DNA of 64,000 nt from a virus (Duplodnaviria; Caudoviricetes): the IMG/VR virus record IMGVR_UViG_3300028888_002023, positions 12,176 through 76,175 of that record. One strand, written 5' to 3'. Below, in pieces: positions 37,299-47,304 of the stretch. A model generated the notes under the pieces. That model did no database searches and was not told where the DNA came from. It saw only the letters and a list, made by a program, of their open reading frames with translations. Positions within the stretch are counted from its first letter, which is position 1. Each line of letters starts with the position of its first letter. Made by a program: the position numbers and the translations under genes.

Positions 37299-39041
37299 AT
37301 GAATTTATTTGATAAAATAGGAAACTATATAAATGAAGCTGTAGTAAATGCTTCCAATGCCTCAATTTATAAACAATTAGGTTCTTGGACTGCTGTAGAT
37401 AAACCTGTATCTGGCTCTTTAGGTGTACAAGGTGGACCCATAGGTAGACCGAAGAAGGCATTAGAACAGCAGGCTTCATATAATCTTTTTCAGAGAAATG
37501 CAGACTTTGATAAAATAGATGCACTTGACAAATCACACTTAGCTTCTACTATTAAAGAAATTATTATTTCTGATGGTTTCTGTGAGTTAGGTAATAAGAA
37601 TAGTATTACAGTAAAATACACAGATGAAGAAAATCCAGAAAAAGAAAAACTTTTTAATGACTCAATTAAAACAATGTTAAAGAGAACTAATTTCTTAAAT
37701 ATTTTAGAAGAGTGTATTGCTAATGAAGGTTTAAGTTATAGTGAAATATTTTTATCAACTAAATTTGAATTAGGTCGTGGTTTAGTAGAGGTTAATGATG
37801 ACCTTGATATTCGTAATCTTTTAGCACTATATAAAAATACTGAATTTGTAGGAGCTTTAGAGTTTCAGATTCAAGGTAAAAATAATGCTATAGGTAAGAA
37901 GTTTATTAACCCAGAATTTATTTCTCATTTTATGCTTAACTATAAGAAAATACCTGTTAAGTTGGCTAAAACTTTTGTTAAGCAATTTAAAGTTCCAGAA
38001 AAAATTAGATGTGCTAAACCATTACTTATAGATGTTGTTGAACTTATACTTCAATATGATATTTTAGAAAAACTCGCAACTGCTATTGAATTAAACCAAG
38101 CAACCCAACCTATATTTATGGGTATTGGTGTTTCACCAGACCAAGACATGGGGGAAATCTCACGTAACCTCCAAGAATGGTCTAATGTGCTGAATAAAAA
38201 CAAAAATAATGTAATCAATAGCTTGGAATCACTTGATATTCAGCAGTTGCTTTCTTATATGCAACAAATTGAATTAGTACCTTATTCACAAGATGAAGGT
38301 ACTAATATGATGCGTCAAATTCAAGTTAATTATAAAGATACTAATTTAACTGATAAAATTAATAACATTCGTAAGATTATAGCACAGGCTGTAGGTATTC
38401 CAGAAAGTTATTTAGCAACTATGACTTATCAAGGTGCTAAAGACACTAAAGAAGATGCTTTACATACAAACCCTCGTTATTCAAGAATGTTATTTAAAAT
38501 ACAACAGTTAATTGCTAAAGGTATTAGAGATGTAATCTATAAACATTTGAAGTTTAAATTCTCTAATGACCAAGGTATTTCAACTCGTGTTATAGATAAA
38601 GAATGTATAGAAGTCTTATTTGATTCTGCCACTAACCTTAATAGCAGGCTTGAAAATGAAAACTTAATATTAAATGCTCAAGCTATGTCTGACTTATTAG
38701 GTATGATTGATGGTGTTGCTACTTCTCAGAATATTCATGTTAAAATTAAAACTGAAAACTTCTTAGATTTATGGAAGAAAGAGTTTGCTAAAGTTCCTCA
38801 AGTTCGTGATGTCTTTGAAAAAATGACTGAAGAAGAAATACAGCAACAACAGGAAATGATGTATGGTAATGTTGGTGGTGATTATGAAGATATAGAGGAT
38901 AACCCACCTCCGGGAGCAAATGTACCCCTCCCAGATGTTCAAGGAAATCCTTTAAAACGTGATAGGGAAACGGAAGATGCTAATGTTGAAGAAATCGGTA
39001 ACGGTTCTCAAACAAGTAGAATCTCTAACATATTACGTTAG
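37299..39041 (+). CDS. Portal protein (T4 gp20-like)
   Basis: 580 aa after terminase; KIIAQAVGIPESYL, RYSRM..KIQQ; TTACATTTTA at 37271-37280. Confidence 0.8.
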   Translation: MNLFDKIGNYINEAVVNASNASIYKQLGSWTAVDKPVSGSLGVQGGPIGRPKKALEQQASYNLFQRNADFDKIDALDKSHLASTIKEIIISDGFCELGNKNSITVKYTDEENPEKEKLFNDSIKTMLKRTNFLNILEECIANEGLSYSEIFLSTKFELGRGLVEVNDDLDIRNLLALYKNTEFVGALEFQIQGKNNAIGKKFINPEFISHFMLNYKKIPVKLAKTFVKQFKVPEKIRCAKPLLIDVVELILQYDILEKLATAIELNQATQPIFMGIGVSPDQDMGEISRNLQEWSNVLNKNKNNVINSLESLDIQQLLSYMQQIELVPYSQDEGTNMMRQIQVNYKDTNLTDKINNIRKIIAQAVGIPESYLATMTYQGAKDTKEDALHTNPRYSRMLFKIQQLIAKGIRDVIYKHLKFKFSNDQGISTRVIDKECIEVLFDSATNLNSRLENENLILNAQAMSDLLGMIDGVATSQNIHVKIKTENFLDLWKKEFAKVPQVRDVFEKMTEEEIQQQQEMMYGNVGGDYEDIEDNPPPGANVPLPDVQGNPLKRDRETEDANVEEIGNGSQTSRISNILR

Positions 39042-39072
39042 AATTACATTTTAGGGAAAAAGGTAAAAAATT

Positions 39073-39366
39073 ATGGAACAAGTTAACAAAATCAGAAGTT
39101 TATTACTGGAATGTGGCTTACTTAGTGAGGCACAAGAAGTTGTTACACCTTTTACTGCTGACAAGACAGAAGAAGAACTCTTTAAGAAAGAAGATGATAA
39201 ATCTTATAAAGAGGACAGAACTGACCTTGAAGGAATATTAAATAGCACTGGAAGGAAAAAGAGAGATTATGTACGTAACATAATCAAGACAATTAACCAG
39301 ATGATAGATGGTAAGAAAGACGTTACTAACCTTATTACTGTTGTTAAGAAAGGTAAAAAGAGATAA
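39073..39366 (+). CDS. Small prohead core-like protein
   Basis: 97 aa between portal and protease; TTACATTTTA at 39044-39053. Confidence 0.55.
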   Translation: MEQVNKIRSLLLECGLLSEAQEVVTPFTADKTEEELFKKEDDKSYKEDRTDLEGILNSTGRKKRDYVRNIIKTINQMIDGKKDVTNLITVVKKGKKR

Positions 39367-41015
39367 TGTCAGAATTAGAAGTAATAAGAAACGAAATAAA
39401 AGACATGAAACCTCATATTGAGGTAAAGAATGTTAAAAGACAGGTATTGAAAGATGCCGTTCCAGACGTAGCAGACGCTAAGAATGCTAAGAAAATTAAA
39501 GCTGCAGCTGGTGCAAGACCACTTGCACACACAGATGTAGCTAACATGAAGAGGGAAATTTCGATGGACATGCAAAGTTATAATAATTGGTCTACAGATT
39601 TTGATTTTATAGAAGAAGCATGTGGTTCAGGTGAACCTACATTTGAATTCTATGATGAACCACAAGTAGTTAGTGAAAGTAAAGAAGCAGGCAAAGTTAA
39701 TTATCCTGTAATTGGTAGAGCTTCTGGTGTATTTGCTCCTATTGGTGTTATGTCAAGAAATAATAGAATCTATGAAGATGACCACTATCCTTATTTATTA
39801 GAAAATCAACAATTAATGGATAGAATTTTGCACAGAGGTATGTTAGGTACTATCGGACATCATAATAAAAAGGTTGATGATGAAGATTTGGCTGCTGGAA
39901 GAGTATCTCACGTTGTAACAGATTTACACGTCAAAGAAGAACCAGATGGTTCAAGAAATCTTTATGGTACATTAGAAATTCTTGATACCCCTGCTGGTCA
40001 TTTATTAAAGACTTATTATGATTCTGGATTACCTTTATTTGTTTCATCAAGAGGTGGTGGTCGTTTAATACAAAATCCTCATGAAACATTTAAGAGAGTT
40101 GACAAGACAAAATATTTCTTGGAAACATTTGATATTGTTAAAAATCCGGGATTTTTACAAGCTAAACCTGTATATGAAAAAGTTTCTGAGTCAGAAGAAG
40201 TTTATGCTGTTATAGACCAACAACCTACAGCAGAAGAAATTGTTGAAAGTATTGCTTCAGAACCAGATAAACTTGACAAGTTAACAGAAGCATTAACTAA
40301 GTTTGTTGAAACAATTACGGAAGCTAAAAATGAAAAGATTAAAGAAGAAGTCCCAGATGTTGAACCTGAAGGAGAGAAGGCTTCAGAGGAAACATCAAAG
40401 GATTCTGAAAAGAAAGAAGAAAAGAAGCCAGAAGAAGATGTTACTAGACCAATTAAAATTAAAGATAAACCCGAAGACCATGTTACAGATGATGATGAAG
40501 CTAATGATGAAGAAGAATCTGCTGTTGCAGCCAGCGTCACAGAAGCAGAGCTTGTTGGTAAACGTGGTAAAAAGGCTTTTGATAAACTTAACCAAGCGAT
40601 AGAAGCAGATAAAGAAAGTGGTCAGGGTAATATTTTAGCAGACACTTCAGATGATTTCAAAGCTAATTTAGTTAATGATTTTCGTAAATTTAGAAATGAT
40701 ATACAAGCTGAAAGAAGTAATCTAACTAAAACATACAATAAAAAACATGCTAACGATACTAAACCAATTGAACCTGTAGCTAAACAAATATCTTTATTTG
40801 ATAAGGAATCTTTAAAAGATGCATATCATGAAGCTCAAGAAAGAAAAGAACCTATTTCGTTTGCTGATTTAGCATGGAATGAAGTTAAAGATAGATTAAA
40901 AAATAGTTATAAAGAAGCTAAAGATGGTGAGAGAAAAGAACCTTATTCATTCTCTGATTTAGCATGGCAAGATGTTAAGGATAGACTTAAAAAAGATTAT
41001 AAAGAAAATAAATAA
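39366..41015 (+). CDS. Prohead protease (T4 gp21-like) with long acidic C-terminal extension
   Basis: SRNNRIY, GTIGH, VSHVV, LEILDTPAG, VSSRGGG, TFDIVKNPGF; duplicated KEPxSFxDLAWxxVKDRLK at the end. Confidence 0.88.
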   Translation: MSELEVIRNEIKDMKPHIEVKNVKRQVLKDAVPDVADAKNAKKIKAAAGARPLAHTDVANMKREISMDMQSYNNWSTDFDFIEEACGSGEPTFEFYDEPQVVSESKEAGKVNYPVIGRASGVFAPIGVMSRNNRIYEDDHYPYLLENQQLMDRILHRGMLGTIGHHNKKVDDEDLAAGRVSHVVTDLHVKEEPDGSRNLYGTLEILDTPAGHLLKTYYDSGLPLFVSSRGGGRLIQNPHETFKRVDKTKYFLETFDIVKNPGFLQAKPVYEKVSESEEVYAVIDQQPTAEEIVESIASEPDKLDKLTEALTKFVETITEAKNEKIKEEVPDVEPEGEKASEETSKDSEKKEEKKPEEDVTRPIKIKDKPEDHVTDDDEANDEEESAVAASVTEAELVGKRGKKAFDKLNQAIEADKESGQGNILADTSDDFKANLVNDFRKFRNDIQAERSNLTKTYNKKHANDTKPIEPVAKQISLFDKESLKDAYHEAQERKEPISFADLAWNEVKDRLKNSYKEAKDGERKEPYSFSDLAWQDVKDRLKKDYKENK

Positions 41016-41023
41016 GGTAAGAG

Positions 41024-44000
41024 ATGAATAGAGAAGAATATATAATCTGGGAAGCTGGAATTAAAACTATATTCAAACCTGTTGGTCAAAACCAACCTGA
41101 AGAAACTCCAGTTCAAAAGGAAAATCAAGCAAAAGCAGGTCTAAGGGAAAGAATCCAAGGACTTGCTTCTAGTGCTAAAAGAGCTGTAGATACTGCTGTA
41201 GAAAAAGGTGTTGAAAAAGTTAGGAGTGTTGCTGATAAATTTCAACATAATGGCACTACACCTAATGGTGAAACTGCTAAAGCTAACCTTCAAGCAAATA
41301 AAGTTGAACATAAACAACCTACTAATAAATCTTCTCTGGCTCAAAATTTTCAAAGAGGTATGAGTAATATTAAAAATTTAAAAAATAAAATAACTCAACC
41401 TCAACCTAAACAAATGGCATTAGACTTTAAAGGGGCTAATAAAGCAGCTAAAGCTGAAGAAAAGGCTAAAGTTGATGCTGTTAAAGCACAGGAAAAAGCT
41501 AAGGAACAAGAAGTTAAAAATGCTAATTTAGACCAGAGTGGTCAAGCACGTTTAAATTTGAATAAAACACTTAGCCCAGCCGATAAAGTAAAGAATAATT
41601 TACAGACTGCAAAGAATAATATTAATCAAGGTGCAAATGATTTAAAACAAAAACTTAAAGCTGGTTATAACAATTTTAAAGAAATTGCTTCAAAGACTGC
41701 AAGTAATGTTAAAGATAATGTTAATTCTGTAGTACAAAAGGTTAAGGATAATCTTGATAAAAGTCCTAAACAGATGAAATTAGACTTTAACAAGAAACCA
41801 TCTGAAACAGCAGAACAGTTAAAATTAAATATACCTCCAGCAGAAAAAGAAAAATCTACATCTTTATCAACTGTTAAAAATACTAATGGAACATTTAAGA
41901 AGGATGGCTTTACTTATGGAACTGCTACAAAGTATAATAAAGGTGAAGCTCCAATAGATGCTAAAGATGATAATGCTATAGATATGGAAAAAACTGCTGA
42001 TGGTAGTTATGCACCTAAATTAAAACAGACTTATCGTCAAACTCATTCTAAAGTTCAAAATAATGTAGTCCCAATTGATAAAAATAGCACACAAGGTACG
42101 TTTAATAAAGATGGGCAAACTTATACTACTAATGGTATTCCTAAAGAGAAAGGTACTGCTTTATCTGTAATTCCTAATAGACCGGGTGGTGGCACATTTA
42201 GTAAAGATGGAAAAATTTATACTACTTCTACAGGTCAGGAAGTAAAAACTAATTTACAGAATAAGGCTAATGCTAATAAATCAACTGAAGATAAAGCAAA
42301 TGCAACTGCTAATTCTAATGCTACTTTTAAGACAGATAAAAACTTTAAGAGTAAGCATGCTTTTGATGTGTGGAGAAATCTTCAGAAGAATAAAAGTCAA
42401 GCTATTACAGATGAACCACAATCTGATACAAAAGATACTACAAATTATAAGACCACTGCACATGCTTCATCAAATGCTACAAATGAACCAGATGTAACTA
42501 ATGAACCTAAGAAAGAAACTACTTTAGGTCAAAAAGTTAAAGATGGTTTAAGTAAAGCATATGATGGAGTAATTCGTGCTCAAGTTAAAGCAAAGAATTT
42601 TAAAGATGATTTAATTTCTGATTATAAATCACGCAGAGGAAGAATTGAAAATGAAGAAACATTAAAACGTCTTCAAAAGATGGTTGCTAATAATGCTTCT
42701 AATAGTAAGATTCTTGATGAAATCAATAAAATTAAAAGTCAATTAAATAATACTTCTTCTAATAATGGTGATGATGTTAGAAGTAGAATTGAAAAAGCGA
42801 GAGAACAAGTAAGACAGGCACACGCTTCTCAAAAAAGTACTGGCACAACATCAACTGATTCTCAAGGGGCAACTCAAGTCACAGGAACAAGAGGTACCCC
42901 ATCAAATGCCAATGCTCAAACAAATACAAGCAAAGTTAATACAAAGACTACAAATACAGCTACTAATAATCAAAATCAAGCTAATGCTGGAACAGCTAAC
43001 GCTGGAGATGCAACTGCAAAAGGAACAGAACCTAAAGCAGAAGGACAAACTACAACAACGGTTGGAAACAGTGAACAACCTGTTACAAATACCAATAATA
43101 CACAACCTGTAAACAATGAGCCACAGGTTAAAACTGAACAACCAGTTGAGCAACAACCAGAAGTTTCTACTGAACCAGTTCAACCAGAACAAACTGCTGA
43201 ACAACCAGAACAGCCAACTGAAGTTGAACAGCCTACTGTAAACAATCAAACTGAAACAGGAAAGATGGTTGTTCAAGGTTTAACAAGACCACGAGCAATA
43301 TCTGGTCAAGAAAATTTTGCAAACAGCTTACGTACTCAAGAAATAGATAAAGCTGCTTCAATGGTTAAATCTTTATCATTTAAGCCAGACAGTAAAGGTA
43401 AAATTAACTTAACTGTTAACGGTGCTAATGTAACTATGAATCCTAAGCATGCTGAACCTGTTTCTCGTTTATTAGGTAAGGCTGTACATGACGCTAAAAA
43501 TGGAACTATCAGTCAAAGTAGAAATTCTATAAAAAATGAATTAGCTAAATATTTCCCTACTTTACCAAAGACAGCTATTGCTAATATGGTATCTAATGCA
43601 ATTAAAAATAACGGTAGAATAGGTGAAATTAAGTATAAAGTTATCCCTACAGATGAAAATGGCGTTCAACATTTAGAAGGTGGACCTGCAAACGGTAGTG
43701 TTGATAAATGGTCTCAGTTCTTAAGAACTAAATATAAAGGTGCTAAACAAGTTACGCCTTACGCTAATACTGATGTTAATGCTTTTGTTAAAACAATGTC
43801 AAATCCTAATTTTGATGTTAATAATTTAGATGAAAAAGCTAAAGCTATATATGATGACCTTAAAGAATGTGGTTTAATTTCTGTTGGACCAGATGGTAAA
43901 TCAGTACCATTATTTCAGAAAATAGATAATAATGGAAAAATTGTTTATAATCCTGTAGAACAAACAGGACCTAAAGCTATTGTAAATGGTAAGACTGTTG

Positions 44001-45796
44001 ATATGCCAGCTCAGAAAAATGTTGGAGAGCCTACTAATACTGTTGAGCCACCTGTGGAAACTCCAGTTCAACCAGAACAACCAACTGAAGCTCCAGTTGA
44101 AAATCCTCCTCAACCTGAACAACCTGTTAATCAAGTACCTGTTGAGCCTCAACCAACTGAACAACAACCAACTAATAACGTAATTACTAATGCTATAAAT
44201 ACAGCAGTTACTAATGCAGTTAATCAAGTATTAGGAATTAATCAACAAAATCAAAATGTACAACAACCAGTTGAGCAACAACCAGAAGTTTCTACTGAAC
44301 CAGTTCAACCAGAACAACCAGTAGATAATACTGCTAAAACTCCAACATCAACTGAAATTGAAACTCCAGAAGTAGTAGACAATGGAGAACCAACACCATC
44401 TATTGATAGTGTTGCTAATACTAATGTTGAAACTCCTAACAGAATACCAACTCAACCTTTAGTAGAACCAACATTTGACTTTAATAATCCAGATGGTACA
44501 CGTAATAGTATTAATCAATATGTGACAGATTTGAATAACCAAGCTCAACAAGAATATCAAACTAAAGTAGAAGAATTAAATAAATTTATAGCTTCTATGA
44601 AGGGTATTCCAACTGCTGAATGGACTTATAAAGATGAAATGAACAAGGCAAAATTAGCATATGATGGTAAGTTAGCTCAAAATAGAGAAACTGCTAATAA
44701 TATGCTTAAGTCTTTTGATAAACAACTCTTAGACCACCAGCAAAACATAGAAGCATCTAATGCTAGAAATGATATAAATAATGCACTTGGTGGGGATAGT
44801 TCAACATTAGTAGAACCTGCACAAAAACCTGCTTCTGTAGAACCTAATAAAAAGCCAAGTGAAATGACTGAAGAGGAAATTAAACAATTTAATTTAGAAA
44901 ATGCTAGAAATCGTTATAATCCTTTAGAAAGATTAAGTAACGCAAGAAAAGAAGCATTTGAAAATCATTTCTGGTCTGTTTCAGACAAGGCTAATAAGGC
45001 TGTTAATACAAATGATATAAAAACAGCTACTAAACTATTAGGTAAAGCAACTACTGATGACCCTAGCTTTATTCAATATATGAATTGGAAAGCTCAAGTA
45101 ATTAATAAAATGAAAGAAGATGGGGTAGTTGATAAAACTAAAAAAGGTTTGGCTAATCTGAAAGAACAGGACATAGCACAATATCTTAAAACATTACCTA
45201 ATGGTCAAAGAGCATTAGATTATTATGAAGATATTCGTACTAATAAGATGGTCCAATGGTATAAAAATGCATGGAATGAAAAAATTTATAATCAAGAAAA
45301 TGCTAATATTCCTAATAAATTACCAGAGGATGATTATCATGCTTACTTAAGAGATTTAGGTTTAGAAGAAACTACAGATGAAAAAACAGGAGAAACTACA
45401 ATAGATAAAGTTCCTTCTAAATATCCCGGTGGAGTTCAGAGAAGACCTTTTACAAAGACTTTTAAATCTTTAGCTTTTGATGGTGAATATAATGATATTA
45501 AAGCAGAAAATTTATCTCCAGAAATTAAAAATGCTTTAAAACAATATTCTGATTATACAGAAATGATAAAAAATGGTGTTAAGGAAGACGGAAGTAAAGC
45601 AACTAATTTAGATATAAAAGCCATGAACGCTAAAATGGAAAGATTAATGTATGATATTGCTAATAATGATGATTACGCTAGGGAATTAGGATTTACACCA
45701 ACAAAGAGAGTTACAACATATAATACTGGAAAGAGTGAAACTAACTCTAAAGGCATAAATTTAACAGGTCGTATAGGTAAAAATAAGACCAAATAA
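41024..45796 (+). CDS. 1590-aa low-complexity putative internal head/ejection protein
   Basis: Q/P/N/T/K-rich, internal repeats, located between protease and scaffold. Confidence 0.6.
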   Translation: MNREEYIIWEAGIKTIFKPVGQNQPEETPVQKENQAKAGLRERIQGLASSAKRAVDTAVEKGVEKVRSVADKFQHNGTTPNGETAKANLQANKVEHKQPTNKSSLAQNFQRGMSNIKNLKNKITQPQPKQMALDFKGANKAAKAEEKAKVDAVKAQEKAKEQEVKNANLDQSGQARLNLNKTLSPADKVKNNLQTAKNNINQGANDLKQKLKAGYNNFKEIASKTASNVKDNVNSVVQKVKDNLDKSPKQMKLDFNKKPSETAEQLKLNIPPAEKEKSTSLSTVKNTNGTFKKDGFTYGTATKYNKGEAPIDAKDDNAIDMEKTADGSYAPKLKQTYRQTHSKVQNNVVPIDKNSTQGTFNKDGQTYTTNGIPKEKGTALSVIPNRPGGGTFSKDGKIYTTSTGQEVKTNLQNKANANKSTEDKANATANSNATFKTDKNFKSKHAFDVWRNLQKNKSQAITDEPQSDTKDTTNYKTTAHASSNATNEPDVTNEPKKETTLGQKVKDGLSKAYDGVIRAQVKAKNFKDDLISDYKSRRGRIENEETLKRLQKMVANNASNSKILDEINKIKSQLNNTSSNNGDDVRSRIEKAREQVRQAHASQKSTGTTSTDSQGATQVTGTRGTPSNANAQTNTSKVNTKTTNTATNNQNQANAGTANAGDATAKGTEPKAEGQTTTTVGNSEQPVTNTNNTQPVNNEPQVKTEQPVEQQPEVSTEPVQPEQTAEQPEQPTEVEQPTVNNQTETGKMVVQGLTRPRAISGQENFANSLRTQEIDKAASMVKSLSFKPDSKGKINLTVNGANVTMNPKHAEPVSRLLGKAVHDAKNGTISQSRNSIKNELAKYFPTLPKTAIANMVSNAIKNNGRIGEIKYKVIPTDENGVQHLEGGPANGSVDKWSQFLRTKYKGAKQVTPYANTDVNAFVKTMSNPNFDVNNLDEKAKAIYDDLKECGLISVGPDGKSVPLFQKIDNNGKIVYNPVEQTGPKAIVNGKTVDMPAQKNVGEPTNTVEPPVETPVQPEQPTEAPVENPPQPEQPVNQVPVEPQPTEQQPTNNVITNAINTAVTNAVNQVLGINQQNQNVQQPVEQQPEVSTEPVQPEQPVDNTAKTPTSTEIETPEVVDNGEPTPSIDSVANTNVETPNRIPTQPLVEPTFDFNNPDGTRNSINQYVTDLNNQAQQEYQTKVEELNKFIASMKGIPTAEWTYKDEMNKAKLAYDGKLAQNRETANNMLKSFDKQLLDHQQNIEASNARNDINNALGGDSSTLVEPAQKPASVEPNKKPSEMTEEEIKQFNLENARNRYNPLERLSNARKEAFENHFWSVSDKANKAVNTNDIKTATKLLGKATTDDPSFIQYMNWKAQVINKMKEDGVVDKTKKGLANLKEQDIAQYLKTLPNGQRALDYYEDIRTNKMVQWYKNAWNEKIYNQENANIPNKLPEDDYHAYLRDLGLEETTDEKTGETTIDKVPSKYPGGVQRRPFTKTFKSLAFDGEYNDIKAENLSPEIKNALKQYSDYTEMIKNGVKEDGSKATNLDIKAMNAKMERLMYDIANNDDYARELGFTPTKRVTTYNTGKSETNSKGINLTGRIGKNKTK
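43137..43192 (+). repeat. 56-bp exact direct repeat (second copy 44262..44317) encoding QPVEQQPEVSTEPVQPEQ
   Basis: Base-by-base identity. Confidence 0.85.
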
Positions 45797-45879
45797 AAAG
45801 TTATTATATTTTATGACAGTTAATTATTACATTTTAGATGGTAAGTAGTAGATAATACATAAATATAGGAATAATAGAA

Positions 45880-47235
45880 ATGGACGAAACTAAAATTGAA
45901 AATGTAGAAGCTACAGAAGAAGTTAAATCTGAAGTTTCTGAAGCCGTTGAAGCTACTGAAGAAGTTAAATCTGAAGAAGTGGTTGAAAGTGCAGAAGAAG
46001 TTAAAGAAGAAACTGAAGAAGTTGTAGCAGAAGGTACAGACGCTTGTGAAGCTAACGAACCTGAAAAAGAAACTGAAGATGACCAAGACGAAAAGAAAGT
46101 TGTGGTTGCTGAAGTTAAGAAAAACTTAGAAGGTAAAAAATCTGAAGCAAAAGAAATTACCGAAGAAGAAAAAGCTGAAGAAGCTCCTGCTGAAGAAGTT
46201 AAGGCGGAAGAAGCTCCTGCTGAAGACAAGAAAGAAGTTATGGAAGCATTGCTTGACATAGCAGCTGAAAAAGTTTCTGATATTATGAAAGAAGCTGTTA
46301 ACAATATGCCTATTGAAGAAGGTGTATCTAAAGAAGAAAAAGAAGCTGAAATCTATGAACAAGGACAAAAACTTCTTAATGATGTAATGGAAGTACTCGA
46401 AGGTATGGTTGCTGGTACAACTATGGAACTTAAAGGTGCTCAAGTAGAAGTTAAAGATTTTGTTCAAACAGGTGGAACAGTTAATGCTGGACCTGAAGCT
46501 GGTATTAATCCTCCTTCTAAATCTGAAGATGATGAACATGAAAAGAAAGTAACAATTAAAGAATATCCTGCTCATGAAGCAGAAGAAATTGATTACAAAG
46601 CTAAATATGCCGAATCTGAAGCAGTTATGGACGACCTTGTAAAAATGGTTGAAGAAACAGCTTCTCAATATTCTGCTCTTGTTGAAGAATTCAATAAAGT
46701 TGCTACTGAACTTCAAGCATACAAATTAGCTGAAGAATTTAATGCAACTGTAGAAGAATGTGCAGACATGCTTCAAGACTTTGATTATGAAGATATCAGA
46801 GAAGAATTTATAAAGGTTATTTCTGCTCAACAAGATGAAATCTCTGAAGAAAAGAAAGAAGAAGAGAAAAAACCTGCTGAAGAAGAAAAAACAGAAGAAG
46901 CACCTGCTGAAGAAAAAGAAGAAAAAACAGAAGAAGCAGTAGAAGAAGCTAAAGAATGCGAATGTGGTAAATGTCCAGCATGTTTAGCTAAAAAAGCTGA
47001 CAAGCCAGAAGAAAATGAAGAAAAAACAGAAGAAGCTGATGAATCAGTAGAAGAAGAAAAATCTGCTATTGAAGAAATTAAGGAATCTTTAGAAAATGTT
47101 AAAGATGTTGTTATTTCTGAAGCTGAAGAAGAAGCTCCAGTACGCAAGAATAAAGCATTTTCAGTATTTGGAAATTCTATTTCTGAAAGCAAATCAGTTC
47201 ATAAAGGTAAAGCATTCTCAGTGTTTGCAGACTAA
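45880..47235 (+). CDS. Prohead scaffold protein (gp22-like)
   Basis: Highly acidic coiled-coil protein upstream of MCP; two late motifs at 45804 and 45827. Confidence 0.8.
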   Translation: MDETKIENVEATEEVKSEVSEAVEATEEVKSEEVVESAEEVKEETEEVVAEGTDACEANEPEKETEDDQDEKKVVVAEVKKNLEGKKSEAKEITEEEKAEEAPAEEVKAEEAPAEDKKEVMEALLDIAAEKVSDIMKEAVNNMPIEEGVSKEEKEAEIYEQGQKLLNDVMEVLEGMVAGTTMELKGAQVEVKDFVQTGGTVNAGPEAGINPPSKSEDDEHEKKVTIKEYPAHEAEEIDYKAKYAESEAVMDDLVKMVEETASQYSALVEEFNKVATELQAYKLAEEFNATVEECADMLQDFDYEDIREEFIKVISAQQDEISEEKKEEEKKPAEEEKTEEAPAEEKEEKTEEAVEEAKECECGKCPACLAKKADKPEENEEKTEEADESVEEEKSAIEEIKESLENVKDVVISEAEEEAPVRKNKAFSVFGNSISESKSVHKGKAFSVFAD

Positions 47236-47304
47236 TAAATTAGCAACATAAAAATGTTATTACATTTTATATCGTATAAAAGAAAGTCATATTAATAAGA
47301 AATA

